This document shows positions 22,120-36,100 of a stretch of 64,000 nt of DNA, piece after piece (position 1 is the stretch's first letter; each line of letters begins with the position of its first letter). The stretch covers positions 2,703,292 through 2,767,291 of the forward strand of contig CM119265.1 in assembly GCA_051294375.1 (NCBI GenBank), read 5' to 3'. The notes under the pieces were generated by a model. The model saw only the letters and a program-made list of their open reading frames with translations. It ran no database searches and was not told the DNA's origin. Origin of the DNA: Paraspadella gotoi (Eukaryota; Animalia; Chaetognatha). Both the position numbers and the translations under genes were made by a program.

Positions 22120-22321
22120 TCATTCTCTGCGCTTCTTGTATTTGCACGTCTGTCCACGTTGACATTCTTTACACTTGGTCGAGTCGTGCCCGTATTTGCA
22201 GGGTTTTCCCTCGATACATCTTTGGCACAATTCGCTGTGATGCTCGGGACGATCCGAGGGAATCCATCTTGGTTTCTTTAATTTATACTGTTAAAAAAAA
22301 CAATGAAATACATAAGGGACA

Positions 22322-22382
<61 letters not shown>

Positions 22383-23045
22383 GTCCCTAACGCTAACCAC
22401 TAACTTTATTTTCTAACCTTAAACCCTAATCCCCGAAACTAATCCCTAACCAAAACTCTAACCGAATCCCTAAATAAATAAATAAATAAATAAACTTAAT
22501 TTTGAATTTAAAGTAAAATTGGGCGGAAGAGAATGACCTAAATTCAATAACACATCACGCATTTCAATCGATCGATCAATCACTCAATAAATTCTCGCCC
22601 GTCCCCTTTCTCGCCTTTCCATACTCACGGTTTTGTGCGGACGCACGTACTCTCCCTCGTCGCATCGCTTACACTCTTGTCCGTCATTGACGTACGCGTA
22701 TCCACTACTCCACGTGTGACGACAAAATGGACATTTGAAATGACCAAATCTTCGTTCGTCTTCGTCGATCGGCTCATCTCCTTCTTCTTCTTTCTTCTTC
22801 TTCTTCTTTTTCTTCTTGTTCTTTTTCTTGGTCGCTGGTTGTTCTTTTGTTTTCCCGTTCGGGAGAACGGCGTCGGGACTTTGATTATCCATCGGCGGCT
22901 CTTGTTCTCCTTCTTGGTTCTCCTTTTTCTTTCTGTTCTTCCTCCTGTTCTTGATGTCGTTGATGACGTTGCTGATGGTCGAGTTTATTTGGCCAGCGAT
23001 ATTGTCAATGTTGTCTTTTTGTTGGTTTAGGCGTCGGTCGGACAT
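22120..23045 (-). CDS. 3CxxC zinc-finger protein paralog 1 (ZCCHC24/ZAR1 C-terminal-like), 194 aa
   Basis: Exon 23045-22629 (K-rich N-terminus, then RRFGHFKCPFCRHTWSSGYAYVNDGQECKRC..VRPHKT|gtgagt) and exon 22287-22120 (..EHHSELCQRCIEGKPCKYGHDSTKCKECQRGQTCKYKKRRE*), joined by a phase-0 intron. The start is uncertain because an upstream acceptor lies at 23086. Confidence 0.88.
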
Positions 23046-24605
23046 TTCGTCCTGGCATCTGGCATCAATATCTGGCAGTTTTGGTTCTGTTTCGTAGAGA
23101 AGAAAAAACAAGAATATGTCGTCACCAATGCAGGTTTTAAGGATTAAATGAAATTTAACTTTTCTTTTTATAAAGTAAGACTTACTTTAATTAGGAGATG
23201 ATTCCAAAATAAAATCGCAATTTCGTCAGAATTGTCTTATAGATTTATAGATTTAACAATTCAAATTACTTACTTCGAAATAAAGATTTTTTTTTATAAT
23301 GTCAGCATGTAATCCTTTCGTATGATGATTGATGAAGGCCAACGTGACCTTGGAACACCTTTTCTGATTGGTCGAGAAACTGAGAGAGAGATAACGATGT
23401 CGCTTTCCTATTGGTCCATTTCATGCGATCATCGATCTTTGCGCGATCCTCATCCTCCTCTATCTTCGGGGATCAGTTACATACATTTCTGAGAAATGAT
23501 GTTCGAGCCTTAAAACGAAACATCGCAGTGGCACACTTTGTCAATGGGGAGGGTCAGAAGTTTTATTTGGGAACCTTCCCTAATAAAACTCCATACACTT
23601 CTGAGAAAACTTTTAATGGACCAATTTTTTTTTTAAATGGCTAGAAGCATCAGTAATTAATTTTTTAATATATATTTATAGATAGAATATGTTATTTTTT
23701 TTAAAAGAGAGATTCAGATAGCTTATGAAAAGTTGTCTACACAAAGTATAATTCTTTTTTCAATATTTTGATCATAAGTGGGTCAAAATTGGTAAAAACC
23801 TAAAAAAATTATTCTCATCATCATCATCCGAAAATTTTAATAGTTTTTACTAATTTTCAGCAATAAAACATCAAAATTTTAAAAAGTTGTAATTACATTT
23901 TTTTGCTTAACTTTTTTAGCTCTATCAGAATCAATTAAAAAAAAATTAAAATATCCCCAAAAGATTTTGACATTATATAGCAATATAATAATTTTAATTA
24001 ACAAATTACTGATGGTTCGGAACATTATTGCAAAAAAATATTTTAACAATAATGGATTCGTTTAATGCTGTTACCATTAAAATTTAAATTTGGTCGGCTC
24101 CTGCTACTTAAAGTCGATTGTCAATGATATCAACAAACGTGCCTGTCCAGACATGTGGAATCCACATCCATTGTGGATCCCTTGTTTAATTATATTCTTC
24201 CTTATAAATGTTCTTAAAACATGAACTCACGCATGATACTAAAGCTAGCAATTATTTTCTCTTTCACTTGGCAGAAGAAGCAAAAAACGATAATGTTGGT
24301 TTATTAAGGATTTATTAAACATTATGAACGAAATTATTAATTAACGAATAGGCAAGTCAGAGTGAAAAGAAGCAAAGTTTTAGATGCAACTAAAAATAAC
24401 TTTTGGAATCGACGGACAAAAAAAAAAATTGTACAGTAAAAGAAAAAAGAAAGTCGCCAGTCGACTCACTACGGTTTAATAAGAGAGATTTTCCTTTCCT
24501 CTCTGCTATCACTACTGTCGATCTCCGGAGCATATACTGCAGAGTGCAGATGCTCCGGATGCTGTCAATGCCCCGTCTCATCCTCTCCACCAATCAGAAA
24601 CGGCT

Positions 24606-25384
24606 CTAGCGACAAGGACGACCCGTGCGACATCTTTCGCAAAGAGTCGATTGATGGGGCGATCCGTTGTCGACGTCGTTGCCGCTGTACTTGAGGGGGC
24701 GCTGTGTGAAGGAATTAGAATCACATTATGAAGAGGATTTAATGGCACTGTTATCCGAAAGAGCCCTTTTTCTGTTCCTGAATCGCTAAACTTAATTTTA
24801 ATAATCCGTAATCGCATCCCTATAATTCCTTACTTTAATTACTTACCCTAATCTTTCGTGTAACCTTTAACCCTATCTCTTAATCCTGAAGGCCTAACAT
24901 AATCATTAATTAATTTCAGCATTTAACTTTTTAGCTAAAATGCGGCGCTTTTAGAAAATAGGGGCAATTTAATTTCGTTTTTGCTATATAATACGTATTG
25001 AGAGCATTATAATTATAATTTTAATCGATTAATTTTTACCGAACGAAAAATTAAGATATTATTATTAATGATTAAAATCACACAAAGATAAACAATACTT
25101 ATTTCAACATAACAATGTAACGAGAATAACTAAGAAATCTCGTTTACATTAACAAAGAATATCACAAGACATTTTATTCACGGTACGACATTAATCGAAA
25201 TAGTGTGCTCAGATCAACTCACCGTCTCGTAAGGTCGCACGTACTGGTCGTAACTGCACTGCTGGCATTTCTGGCCCGAATTCACGTAGGCGTTGCCACT
25301 TTGCCACTCATGAAAACACTGAGGGCAGCGGAAGAAGCCGAACTTCCGTTTATTGGGATCATTGTTGCTTCTTGATCTGTACAT
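24606..25384 (-). CDS. 3CxxC zinc-finger protein paralog 2 (ZCCHC24-like), >=85 aa
   Basis: Exon 25384-25223 (MYRSRSNNDPNKRKFGFFRCPQCFHEWQSGNAYVNSGQKCQQCSYDQYVRPYET|gtgagt) and exon 24701-24606 (RPLKYSGNDVDNGSPHQSTLCERCRTGRPCR*). The intron has the same position and phase as in paralog 1. In-frame upstream exons are possible at ~25491-25522 and ~25555-25662. Missed by the ORF track. Confidence 0.9.
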
Positions 25385-25876
25385 CGTGCAATGCTGTGAA
25401 TTAATTTGAAAAAAATAATGGAATTTAGTTATATTTTGGGAATATTGTTAATCTAGGATACGTCGTGATAAACACCAAATGAAATATTACCTTTGATCGC
25501 GATCCCTTTTTTGGTTTTTTAACTAAACAAAATTAGTTATAAACGAAATTTAACTTATATTCGATTCGGTTTTTGTTTGAGCTGCTGGCAGATCTTTAGA
25601 GTTTGAGGAGAAAATGTTTTTTTCCAGTTCGGACTGGTTTTTTTTTTCGGTGGGCAGGATTTCTGAGAAATGACGACATAGCCGAAAGTCGAAACAAGAA
25701 ATTAAAGGGAAATCATTAATTTCTGAGAATTAAGAATTTCATTATTTTTTTCGTGCACATATTTAATTTTAAATTAATGTTTAATTGCGTCAAATCTCTT
25801 TTAGATAACAAATTTTTGAAAAGGAAACTATTATGATTAGATATAAATATTGTAATATATAATAATAATAATAATA

Positions 25877-25959
<83 letters not shown>

Positions 25960-27162
25960 GAAAAAAATAATATACAAATAATAATAAATATGTAATATTG
26001 AGACAATTAAATAAAATATGTAGTATAACTGGGGTGATGAACGAGAACCGCCGTGACTTTCTTTCGCGTATTAATTTTCCGATGATCACGTGACTTTAGT
26101 CTATGCAAGTCTATACAAGTATGAAAAATAGGCGCAAGAAGCTACTGTTAGGTTTTTAAGCAAATAATAGAAAATTACTGGAAATTATTATGAGTTATAT
26201 TTCGAATTCAAAAACATCAAACAAGACGAGATCTAAGGTCAACACAGGATGTTTGATTAATTAGTAGAGAAGGGAATTTCCTTTGAGAATATTTTTTTTT
26301 AACAAATAAATCTTGGTAAAAATATCTTTCTTTACTTTCAGAGCACGTGACTTTTGTTCTGCATAATAATAATAATAATAATACCAGCCGCGCAACAGTT
26401 CACTTAGTAGTTCACTTAGAGTTCACTGATGCCAGATTTCAAAAGCTGTCACGTGATGTACCAAAAATGTACGAAAAATGAACTCGTTGAAAACCATGGA
26501 AGTAAATCAAGTAACTGCTGACGACTTAATAAATATGTTAAATCGTGAGTGTGAGTTTAATAAGAATCAACAGTTTTTTACAAAAATCGGAAATTAAATA
26601 AAAATTTCTTTAGGAAATTCAAATAGCTAGACTAATTTTTTTAAACAGTTCTCATTGTCATTTATATATGGCCTGTCCAAACTCGAATGGCAATTTTTAT
26701 ATTGGTTGTTCAAATTTCATATTGCACCGCGAACTGATTAAGCCTATATTACGAATTTAAAACAAAGCTGCCTAGTGCTTATTTCTAATTCTTTTCCCCA
26801 ATTCTCATTTGTTTTCTTATAGTTGAATAAAAAATAAAATAAATTAAATTTAATAAACCAACATCGAAAACATTTCGTTTCTTGCTATCGCACGGATTTT
26901 CGAACAGCCAAACAATGTCGATGTCATTGTTCGATTTTGATGCCGAATCCCGCGTCTTTTTTCACTGGCTTCTTTTTTTCCCCCTCTTGTCTTTCATTGT
27001 CATTTTCAACGAAACCAGGTGCGGGTCCTTTGTCGGTCTATTGTCGATCTATTGTCGGTCACTTGTCGGTCATCGAAGTCTCCCTCACCACGAGGGTCGA
27101 GACCAAAGACAATGCAACGAAATCGGTCACGTGAGAAGAAAGAGAAAAGTGAAGCCACCTGA

Positions 27163-27288
<126 letters not shown>

Positions 27289-27619
27289 CCGCATCCTGCA
27301 TTCTATCCGTGGGTGTATAAAAAGAGTCGCCTCATGATTTCAATCACCATAAAATCAAATTCTCTCTCGAAAGAAAGAAATATCGCTGCCCGATTTTCTC
27401 TCATTAAAAAAAAACATTTCATGACAACAACAAAAACAACAAAAACACGACTTTCACATTGAATTTCGTATTTTTTTAAAATTTTCAACGAACTTTCATT
27501 TTCTATCGCCGATTTTGTATAGAAGCCCTTACCCGATTCCAATAAAGTTCCAATCGAACTAAATTCGCTTCTATTTCCAACCTCACCTTTTTCAAAAAAT
27601 TCTTTCTTCTCACCTCACG

Positions 27620-27874
27620 ATGCCTTCCTCGTACAACTCCATCGTCATCCGCTCCGATCCGCCCACAACCCAACCCAAGATCTTCGTCGGCGGTCTGCCA
27701 CCCTCCGCCACCTCTTCCGATGTTCACGCCCACTTCTCCAAGTTCGGCGAAGTCGCCTCCGCCTCCGTGATTCTCGAACGAGCGACGGGCGAATCTAGAG
27801 AATTCGGCTTCGTCGTCTTCTCGTCGATGGAGGATGTGGACCGAACGTTGGAGGCCGCGCCGCATCGGATCAGG
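27620..27874 (+). CDS. RRM-domain RNA-binding protein, first exon (hnRNP A/Musashi-type RRM)
   Basis: RNP2 KIFVGGL, HFSKFGEV and RNP1 REFGFVVF; the exon ends APHRIR|gtcagt in phase 0. Confidence 0.88.
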
Positions 27875-27954
27875 GTCAGTCTTATTTTTTAAAATATTTT
27901 CTCTCTTCAATTTTTAATATTTTAACGATTAATTTGGATTCAAATTATTTCCCG

Positions 27955-30080
27955 TGTACTCATGTTCACTCACTCTCTCACTCACACAAAAAACACGCTC
28001 ACTCTCATGTTTACTCTCACACTCACTAACTCACTCCATTATTCACTCACTCACTCACTCACTATCTCACTCACTCACTATCTCACAAAAAACCGCTCAC
28101 TCTCATGTATACTCCCAACATCTCACACTCAACTAACTCACTGCCATTACTACCACTCACTCGCTCACTCACTATCATCACTCACTCACTATCTACTCCA
28201 CTACACAGTCACCTCACATCACTCACTCACTCACTCACTATCTCAACAAAAAAACCGCTCACTTTCAATGTATACCTCTCACACTCACTAATCACTCATT
28301 ACTCACTCACATCACTCACTATCTCACTCACTCACTCACATTACTCACTCACTCACTCACTAATCCTCACAAAAAAAAACGCTCACTCTCATGTATACTC
28401 TCACACTCACTAACTCACTCCATTACTCACTCACTCCCGTCACTATCTCACTCATCACATATCTCACTCACTCCACTCACTCACTCACTCACTCACTCAC
28501 TTACTCACTATCACTCACTCACTCACTATCTCACAAAAAAAAACGGCTCACTCTCATGTATACTCTCACACTCACTAACTCACTCCATTACTACTCCACT
28601 CACTCACATATCATCACTCACTCACTATCTCACTCACTCACGTCACTTACTCACTCAAGCAAAAAAACCGCTCACTCTCATGTATAATCTCACACTCACT
28701 AACTCACTCCATTACCACTCACTCACTATCTCACTCCTCACTCACTCACTCACTTCACCATTCACTCACTATCTCACTCACTCACTATTCACTCACGTCA
28801 CTCACTTACTCACTCACAAAAAAACGCGCCTCACTCTCATGTATACTCTCACACTCACTAACTCACTCCATTACTCACTCACTCATGACTCAACTGCACT
28901 ATCTCACTCACTCAAGCTATCTCACTCACTCACTCACTATCATCACAGAAAAAACCGCTCACTCTCATGTATACTCTCACACTCACTAACTCACTCCATT
29001 ACTCACTCACTCACTCACTATCCTCACTCACTCACTATCTCATCACTCACTCACTCACTTACTCACTCACTATCTCACAAAAAAAACCGCTCACTCTCAT
29101 GTATACTCTCACACTCAACTAACTCACTTCATTACTCACTCACTCACTATCTCACTCACTCACTCACTTACTTCACTCACTATATCACAAAAAAAACCGC
29201 TCACTCTCATGTATACTCTCACACTCACTACACTCACTCATTACTCAGTCACTCGCTCACTCACTATCTCACTCACTCACCCACTCACTTACTCACTCAC
29301 TCACATCACTATCTCACAAAAAAACCGCTCACTCTTCATGTATACTCTCACACTCACTAACTCACTCCATACTCACTCACTCACTCCCCTCTACTATGTC
29401 ACTCACTCACTATCTCACTCACTTACTCACCACTTACTCATTCACTCACGTCACTATCTCACAAAAAAAACCGCTCACTCTGCATGTATACTCTCACACT
29501 AACTAACTACCTCCATTACTCACTCACTCACTCCTCACTATCTCACTCACTCACTATCTCACCTATCACATCACTCACATCACATCACGTTACTCACCCA
29601 CCTCACTATCTCCCAAAAAAAGCCGTCACTCTCATGTATACTCTCAACTCCACTAACTCACTACCATTACTCCACTCACTCGCTCACCATCACTAATCTC
29701 ACTCACTCACATCACTCACTCACTATCTCACAAAAACCGCTCACTCTCATGTTACTCTCACACTCACTAACTCACTCCATTACTGCACTCCGTCACTATC
29801 TCACTCACTCACTCACTCACTCACTCACTAATCTCACAAAAAAAACCGCTCACTCTCATGTATACTCTCACACTCACTAACTCACTCCATTACTCACATC
29901 ACATCACTCACTAATCATCACTCACTCACCTCACTTTCACTAATCTCACAAAAAAAAACCGCTCACTCTCATGGTATACTCCGACACTCACTAACTCACG
30001 ATCCATTACTCACTCACTCGCTCACTCACTATCTCACTCACTCACTCACTCACTTACTCACTCACTATCTCACAAAAAAT
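27955..30080. repeat. ~2.1-kb complex satellite of ~100-150-bp units built on (ACTC)n
   Basis: The anchor aaaaaccgctcactctcatgtatactctcacactcactaactcactccattactcactcac recurs about 16 times, in the intron after the RRM exon. Confidence 0.9.
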
Positions 30081-30149
30081 GTTTACTCTCGGACCAATTC
30101 TCCTCTTTTCGTGTTACGAAAGTTTTAATCAATAATATATTGAAGAGAC

Positions 30150-33100
30150 AGTAATAATTGTTACCATAATATGTACAATTCCCACAAACTAACAATCCTT
30201 TTCCCCCAATCAACAGGGCAGACCCGTGACCATTCGCTTGGCCCTTAATAAAAAAATTATTAAAAAAAATTTTCCCCGATAAAATCTTCCTGATGTAATT
30301 CCTAATCTGCGGGGTAGTTTGTTTTTATCAATTTGGACCCTTTTACTAGGTGAGCACCAGGGCCCAGGGGGGGTGGAACAATTTGGGGGAAAAACACAGT
30401 ATAAAAAAAAAGACCAGGGGTGGGCTCCCCACCCCTTTTCCCGCCGGCAAAATAAACTTAAAGTTCTGCTATTTTTTTTTAAGGCCATGTTTATTTCCCC
30501 TGGGGAAAAAAATCATGGGTTAAGAGAATATAATTCTGCCCATGAAAAGGAAAAACCCACCACAACGACAAATTAATTGGTGAATTTAGAAAGATCCCAT
30601 TTTTTTTTTAAAAAACGGGCTGGCAAAAGCGAAATTTTTTTTGTTATTCTTAAATAAAAAAATTAGTTCTAACAGCGCGCCCTTTCCCCGAGAGACTCTT
30701 AGGAGTAAATCTAATCCGTTTAGGGGGAAAGGTTCTTTTTTTTTTCTTATTTTTTTGAAGAAAAGGCGTCCTTGTATTGCCCACCCCGGGTCCGTTCCCC
30801 CAATAAGAAATTTTTTACGTAAAAAATTCCAAATTTTAAAAAACTTTTAATTTGCGCCATCCCCCTCCCTCGTTTTTCCCCCAATATCTCTTGTCATCAA
30901 CAAGGAACCTAACAATAAACTAATACACCGCCACAGCGGATAAAAAATTATTATACCTATCGGGATTATAGTGGTTTCTCGAAGGTGCTCCTACGACACG
31001 CAAAAACTTCAATAAAACTGTGTCTAATTAAAACTCGTAATATTGTTTTTTTAATTATGGCACTCAGGCGTGCGAAACCTTTATATTTTTTTCTTTTTTT
31101 TTAAACCATTCAAATAAGTAAATCACCCTATCCTTTACTGCAAAAAAACCGAAAAAACCGATAATAATGGGCCACCTTTCATTATTTCTTTAAAAAAGAA
31201 GAAAATAAAAATGAAAAAAAGAAGGCGGGGGACAATAAAATAATATAAGCGGCGGGTGGTACACCTCAGCATAAGAAAAAAATTAAAGAGAAGAAGAAAA
31301 GGAAAAAAAAATAAGAAAAAAGAGGATATATATAAAAGTTATACAACCAGGAAATTATAGAAAAAACAAAATTGGGTTTTATTGATCTGGGAAATATAAA
31401 ATATGCCGGTGTGAAAAGAGCCCCCCGTTCGTTTCTTTTGCAAAATTTTTTATTTTAAAATAGGCAAAAAGGAAAATTGGAAAAGTGGGGGGAAACCCCG
31501 GCGGTTTTTGGAGTCACTTAACACATCTTTGATTAATTTATTGAAATTTAACACCAAGTGGTCTGTTGGGAGTTAAAACCCCAGGGAAATGTAAAAAAAA
31601 AAACTTTTTTTCCATCATTCGTCCTCCTACTCAAATCTTTTGGAAAAGTGGAGTTCCCCTATGGAGGGCAAAATAACACCCGGATTAATAATACTTTCAA
31701 TAAAAATTGACAAGTAAAACCATTTGACAAATACATTGTACAACGAATAACATGGAAAAGTTAATGAAAAACCAATGGATAAATTTTGGGTTTTTTTTTT
31801 TTAAAAACAAAAAAAAAATTTTAAGATTTTAATAAAGGTTTCTTTATAGGAACATTATAGTGAATCGTAGGTGGGATTATAGTCTTAAATCCCCTTTTAC
31901 CCCTAATGTGTAGGACACAGATAAGGGAGCAGTTTAATTAAGGATATCCCCCGCCCAACCACTGGTTATGTAATATTGTATCTCTATTTTTTTTATAAAT
32001 TATTTGAAACCTAGTTATTTTTATTATTGCCCTTGAAATTTTTATTTCACCCAAAATGGTCTTTTTTTATTTTAAGTCCAATATCCAAATTTCTTTTATT
32101 TGGGGCTTACCCTCCAAATATTAACATGTATCCCCAAGAGATTCTCAAAGCAAAAGAAAACGGTATGCCGCATTGTATGGTTTTATTTAGAATTGGGCCA
32201 AATTTTAATTCATCAAACAAATGGATCCAAACCCAAAATACATTTTTTTAAATAAGAGTACATACATAGTTATATATGATTTTGGCGAATTGTCCATCCA
32301 ATAAAAAGAATAATATCGTAATAGATATAACATATTTTTTATCCAAATTTTAATCGGGCCCGGGTTTAATTTAAATATTATTTTTTTTTTTAACATATAG
32401 TGAAGCAAAAAAGTTTTTAAAACCTTCCTTTCTTTTTAACGAAATGAAATAATAATTATACGAAAACCAGAAATACAAAAAAAAGAAAGAACGCTTCAGA
32501 GTGAATCCAAAATGGGGGAATTTCCCGCAAAAAGGGAATTTACACTTTTCCCCCTCTTTATCTTTTCTCTCTTCCTCCTCCTCTCTTCCTTCTTTATCCC
32601 ATCTTCCTTTCTCTTTCTTCTATCTTAACCTTCTTTCCTCCTTTTCTCTTCCTTCTCCTTCTCTCTCCTTCTCTTCCTCTCCATCCTCCATCCTCTTCCT
32701 CCTCCCTCTTTCCTCCTCTTCTCATCCCGTTTCTTCCTCTCCTCTCTCAATTTGTTTGAATCCCCCCCCTAATTTAAAAAAAAAAAATTTCCCTATAAAC
32801 CTCCCCACTAATAAATGTTCAGCCCCCAATAAAAAGGAGCTTTATTAGGTTTTCACGGGAACAAGGAATTTTCCGAAAAAAGAAAAGATTTGGTTTGGAA
32901 AACTGGGGCCCCCCCCCCCCTTTTTGTTGGGGAAAAAAGGTTTTTTTTTTTTTTCAAACAACAATGGTTTTTAAATAAATAAACACCCCTTTCTTATTCC
33001 CCCGATTTTTCTTCCCATTTTGTTGTTATCTCAAACCTCTCCCTTGTTCCCCGCACCTATCACTTCCTCCTCTGTCTCTCCTTCGACCTCTCCCTCCCGC

Positions 33101-36100
33101 TCCTCTGCTCTCTTCCTCCTTTCTCTCTCTCTCCTTGTTCTCCTTCCTTTCTCACGGAACTAAGAAGAAAAAATTTAAAAAAAACAACTTTTTCCTAATT
33201 AAAGGGGGTTTTTACGGTAAACAGAAAAAACAGATGTTTTTATTTTGGGGGGTTAAAGTACAGCCACAGATCCTCGGACCGAAAAAGAAAAAAAAAAATT
33301 CCAAAAAAAAATGGGAAAAAACCTCCGCCGCCTAAAACATCCAATTGGGGGAACCCCCTAATGGAAAAAAAAACTCCGCCAATAAAGAAGGGGCTTTTAT
33401 CCTCTCTCCCCTCCTGTTTTCTATCGTCTTTCCCTTCCTTCTGTTCCTCCGCGGTCCCTTCACCCCTTCCCTTCGCCTCTTCACTCGGCCCTCGAGCCAG
33501 GTCCCTCCGCTCCCTCTTCTCTTTCTTCTCCTTTTCCCTTTCTCCTCCTCGTTCCCCTCTTTCTCTTCTCCGTCCGCCTCTCTCCGGTCCCTCCTCTCTC
33601 TTCTTCCCCTCTTCTTTCCTCCTTCCTCTTCTCGTTCTCTCCTCTCTTTTTCAATCCCCTAAAAACGCCCCAAAAATGTCCCCTTATAACCCTTTTCCCC
33701 GATGTGGGGGGGAGAACAAGGGAACCCAAAGGGGTCCGTCCGAAGACGGGCGAAAACCGTCGAAACCGAACCCGGAATGAACCGACGAACCGGACGGAAC
33801 CGGAAAAAATGGCCGAAACCGAACTGCGAATAAGACAACGAAAAAAACACTGGACTTTTTTTTTTGGGCCAAAAAAAAAAAGTTTTTTTCCCTCCTGGTT
33901 GGCCCTCCGATGCCCGCCCAGTTTTTTCCCCTTAAAGTCCCCCCTTCCCGTCGGTTCCAAGGGCCCTTCCCTACACGATTTTTTTGGCCTTTCCCCTTTT
34001 AAAATAATTTCGAAATTAATAATTTTAGTTTTTGTTTTAACCGTAAATCTTTCGGCCTGGAAATTTGGAAAATTTTTTCACCCGAACGGATCAAATATCT
34101 TTTCCGAAAAGAAAATGGATTTTTTTTTAAAAATGTTTTAATACTAAACAAAAATTTTAACAAACTAATAATTTGAATCTTTAAAGTTTTGGGTTTTTAA
34201 CTTTCTCCGGCTTTCCCGCCCTGAAAGAAAACAAATTTTTGAGGTTAAAAAACAATAACAAAAAAAACCTAGAAATATAAAAAGCATTTTTAAATTTTTG
34301 AAGGATTTGAAACAAAACATTAAAAAAAAGTCATCACATAAATTAATTTTTCTTTTAATTTGAGTTAATTTTTTGGTTTATAATTTTCCTCCCACTTTTC
34401 TTCTGCTTTCCAATCAGCTTCGTGAAAAAAAAAAAACTTACGGCTCCAAAAAAAATGTTTTTTATCCATATGCTTGCGGACCCGTACAAAACAAATCAAA
34501 AAAAATTTGCCCCCAGCCAAACCCAGAAAAAAAGAGCGTTTAAATTTTTTGAGGCCCTTTTTTGCTTGGTTTTTCTGGGGGTCCCCAAAGAAAAAATCAA
34601 GGATTTGGAAAATTTGTTTTGGTAAAAAAAAAAGTTTAAAGATAACTTAAAATCCCTGCGAGCCCCAAGAAGGAAAGCTTCCCCCTTCTCCACAAGAAAA
34701 ACTTTACGCAAGTTCCCCCCCTTAAAGAATTTTGTGCCCCCAAATCCCAGGAAGAAGAAAAAAGAAGGAGAAGAGAGAAGAGAGAAGAGGGAAGGGAGAG
34801 GAGAAAGAAGAGAAGGAGAAGGAGGAGGGAAAAAGGAGGGAGGGTTTCTCCCCCCGCAAGGGAAAAAAAAAAAAACGAAAAAGGAAGAAATAAGGGGAAA
34901 AGTTTCCCCCCAATCATGGCAGGGGAAACCCAGAAAAAATCAAAAGAAAAAGTAAAGAAAAGACCCTGGGGAAAAAAAAGAGAGGGAGGGCCCGGGGAAA
35001 AAAAAAGGAAAGAGGGGGCAATAAAAAAAAAAATTCTAAAGAAAGAGAGGGGTTAAAGGGAAGTTTAAGGGGGGTCTTTGGGTCTTTCCCCTAAATAAAA
35101 AATAGAAAAAATTATAAATAAGAACTAAAAACCATTATTAACATAATAAAATATTTATTTTTTTTTTTTTTCAAAAAATTTTTTTTTTAGAAAATTGGTG
35201 GAAAGGAGAGTACATTTTAAAGTTAGAAATTTTCACGCAAGAAAATATAAAACGAAAAAAAAGAAAATTGTTTTAAAAATAAACATTAATCAATAAAAGA
35301 ATTTTGAATCCGCTAATGCCCTTAATTAAAAAGCCCTTTTTTTCCCCCTAAAAGTCCCCCCCTTTTTTGTAAAAAACCTAAAGAATTTACAAGAAAACGT
35401 AACAAGAAAAAAAAAAGGCCCAAAAAAAACCTGAAACCCGAAACCCGGTTGTCCCTCTGGTTTAACCCGGCCCGACCTAAAAAGGTCCCCCTTTTGAAAA
35501 AAAGAAGGAAAAAAAAATTTTAAGCGGGGGGGGAATCCCATGAAAATTCTACTTTTGTTTTTTCCAATTATTTGAAGACCCAAGAAAAAGATAAAAAAAA
35601 CAAATTTTTTTTTTGTTTTTTTTTCTTTTTCCTTTTAAATGCTTTTTTAATCCAATTTTTCCCCCTTTTAAAGTTTTGTTAAGTTAACGAAAAATATAAA
35701 TTTCCCTGTTTGACGTTTTCCCCTTGCTGTGCCTTTTAATACTTTTTCCGTTTAATAATCTGGATATAAGTTTTTTTGGTTTTTGGTATTTTGTTCCCGC
35801 TTTTTAGTCTAAATTTTACTTCAATTATCCCGCACGGGAAAAAAACCTAAAAACCGTAATATAAACGTTTAAAATTGCAATTAAGATTTGGGCTTAATGG
35901 CCCGGTGGCCCTTTTTCCCCTTTTTGAAGAAAGAAATTTCAATAAAAAGAGAGAAAAAATACGAAAAACATTTTAGTATATAAAATGGGAAAATACCGGT
36001 TTGGTTATTTGAAAAATCCCTCAAAAACCCAGTTTTTTCCTCCCCCTCCTCTCTCTCCTCTTCCTCTTTCTCCCCCGTCCTCTTCTCCTTTTCGTCTTCT

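Noticed and set aside
27955-30080. CRISPR-like array, or H/S/L/T-rich ORFs
   Set aside because: The spacers are homologous ACTC microsatellite rather than unique sequence, the context is a eukaryotic intron, and no cas genes are present.
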